Of a DNA stretch of 64,000 nucleotides, positions 61,750 to 64,000 are shown one piece after another. Position 1 is the stretch's first letter; every line of letters begins with the position of its first letter. A model generated the notes under the pieces. It saw only the letters and a program-made list of their open reading frames with translations, searched no databases and was not told where the DNA came from. A program made the position numbers and the translations under genes. Source of the stretch: Leidyana gryllorum EB-2025a (taxonomy: Eukaryota > Protista > Apicomplexa); NCBI GenBank assembly GCA_048772705.1, contig JBLWGC010000213.1, positions 372,001-436,000 of the forward strand, read 5' to 3'.

Positions 61750-64000
61750 GATGTTGGGGACCCTGGGCGACTGGATTCCGACCAATAAAGCAGTAACCGT
61801 AGAACAAGAGCGTACGAAAAGGTCCATATCTGCACTGGGGGATGACTCTAGCGACGAGGACATGCCAAAACATCGCCTCAAGAGGCTAAGGGCTGATACC
61901 GCCTCGTCTCCGGAGCCTGTGCAAGAACAGCGTCCAGGTCCCCCGCCAGGCTCACAGAGCTCCTCCCGCGCGCCTTCGGTAATTGCCGAAGACGAAGAGG
62001 CTGAAGAAGGACCCGACAGGACGGGAGAGAGTGACTATTTGGAGTTCCGTCGGGTCACAGAGAACATCAAATCGATTTTGGTAGACTCCCTGGGAGGCAC
62101 TACAGACGAAGAGCAGCGTGCTATTGTTGAGAGTCAGATCCAAAGAGGGCGATGTTCCTTTATGCGATCCTACGCCCCTCCAGAGGACATTCTGAAAGAC
62201 AATCCCAGCTTGAAGCCATATCAAGTGAGTACATTGGGCATCGTTTAGTCGTAGATTCACCATTCCTTGCAGGTGGCGGCCGTCCATTGGATGCTGACAT
62301 TGTATGAGAACGAGTTGAATGGACTGGTTGCAGATGATATGGGGTTAGGGAAGACAGCGGAGAGCATATGTTTCTTGAAACGTCTTTTCGCTGATCAACG
62401 ATTGGATTATCCCATCGTTGTGGCTTGCCCAACCACTCTGTTGGATAATTGGTGCGCCGAGTTCCGTAAATGGGCCCCGAGAATCAAAGTGCTCAAATAT
62501 CACGGGTCCCAGAACGAGCGACGCGCACTGTGGGTGAAGTTTGCCACTGGTTTCTACAGCGAAGAGATGGAGAGTGACGGGTCTGGTAGTATAACCGGCG
62601 ACGAAGAGGAGCGCGAAATTGTTGCTGATGATTCATTGGAGAAGGAAGAAGCCGATCAGGAAGACGATAACAAGGATGAGGAGACGGGTAGCACTCTGCT
62701 TCCCAAAGAAGGGGACAGCAATGTCGAGGGGGGCGGCGGTGCGGCGCCTCTCGATCCCGTTGACGGGGAAACGGTCCCATATGAGCTCCCCCGCAAAGGC
62801 GACTGTGCTTATCACGTGATCGTGACCACTCATCAGACCCTGGCGAACCCGTTTGATCGACAGTTCTTTTTCAAGACGCGATCATTCAGTTACTTGGTGG
62901 TCGACGAGGCTCACTCATTGAAGAATTCGGCGAGTCAACGGTACAAGAAGATGAACAAATCGTTGAACGCTGTGAACCGTCTACTGCTCACTGGCTCTCC
63001 TGTCCAAAATCAGATCTCTGAGCTGAAAAATCTCCTCTACTTCCTGAACCCCTATCGGAAGGCAACTTTCGACATCAATGCTGCGCTCGGGTACCACACA
63101 CGCGTCTGGCGTCGTGCAGTTCAGGAAGGTGATGAGGCGACACAACGAGCGTCGGTGGAGTCGACTCAAACTGCGCTCAACACGAGCGGCACCACGACGA
63201 GTGTCGAGCCCCCTGCTCCAAGTGGCTCAGCGAATAAAAAGGGTAGCACCACAGACCCTGAGGTTGTGTTCTACCAACAGCTCTTGGCACCATTGATTCT
63301 TCGACGTCTGAAGGTTGAAGTCATTGACAATTTCCCAAAGAAGACCAACAAGATTGAGTTGTGTGATATGGAACCAGTTCAACAGGAGATGTACCGGGCG
63401 GAGTTACTGGCTGCCAAACCGATGTTGGCGAACGTCACTCCGAGCGGTAGACGACGTCGTCCACCGAAAAGCAAATCTCCCGAGGAGAGCACCGACACGG
63501 CTGGAGGACCGAGTACACCGACCTTCATCAAGGGACTGCTGTTTCGGCTGCGGCGCATCTGCAACCATCCTCTCTTACACGTGCGCTACTTTTCGCAGGA
63601 GAAGCGAAAAGCTTTCGCTCAATATCTGCGGCTGAACAGGGACGACTATCGTAATTTCACTCTTCAGCGGGTATTGGAGCACATATCTGATTGGTCGGAT
63701 TTCGACATTCATACAGAGTCAGCCAACTTTCTGCCAGACATGGCGGAATTTCGATTACCCGACGAGGAGTTTTTGAAGGCGTGTAAAATCAAGAGGATGT
63801 TGGAACTTCTGGATCAACTGTGTATCGAGAAACAGCAGAAGGTACTGGTCTTTTCCCAATTCACTACATTCCTGGATGTGATACAAGAGACTCTCCGTAT
63901 TCACAGACCTACGTTGCCCATGCTTCGGTAAGCAGCACCAGCTCGCAACGCTTCTTTCCAATCCCTCTGGCAGTCTGGACGGTTCAACGGCGGTGGATGA
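61750..64000 (+). CDS. SMARCAD1: SNF2-family chromatin remodeller, SMARCAD1/Fun30-like (runs off the window)
   Basis: 'LKPYQ', 'ADDMGLGKT', 'VDEAHSLKN', 'LLLTGSPVQN', 'LRRICNHPLLHVRYF' and 'KVLVFSQFT'. The start could be 61750 or 61862. Confidence 0.8.

Overview
Eukaryotic DNA from an extremely compact, intron-containing alveolate genome, most likely an apicomplexan of the gregarine type. The basis is an alveolin/IMC gene, a Kelch-fused MORC, a TIP/ITFG1 homologue, GC of roughly 50-55% and GT-AG introns mostly 30-55 nt long; the species cannot be identified. About 30 protein-coding genes are packed nearly end to end, and several spacers are 0-6 bp or negative. Most are housekeeping genes: RPB2, RPB12, TFIIE-alpha, CDC73, SmE, eIF3f, VPS52, tepsin, p24, ALG13, NSUN5, CBS, PNPO, AspAT, a myosin and a SMARCAD1-like helicase. 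The most interesting block is about 28.3-33.3 kb, where spacers are unusually long. It holds a bacterial-type (gammaproteobacterial SpeC-like) ornithine decarboxylase with an intronless CDS, an apparent spliceosomal intron in its 5' UTR and a host-type A/T upstream motif. It also holds an orphan multipass membrane protein and a secreted histidine-brace LPMO with a His/Cys-rich tail. A recurring AAAA-N-TTT(T) motif lies upstream of many start codons, sometimes inside the neighbouring CDS. No rRNA, tRNA, CRISPR or recognisable transposon was seen. Gene models were spliced by eye, so exon boundaries are approximate, and family assignments rest on remembered motifs rather than database searches.
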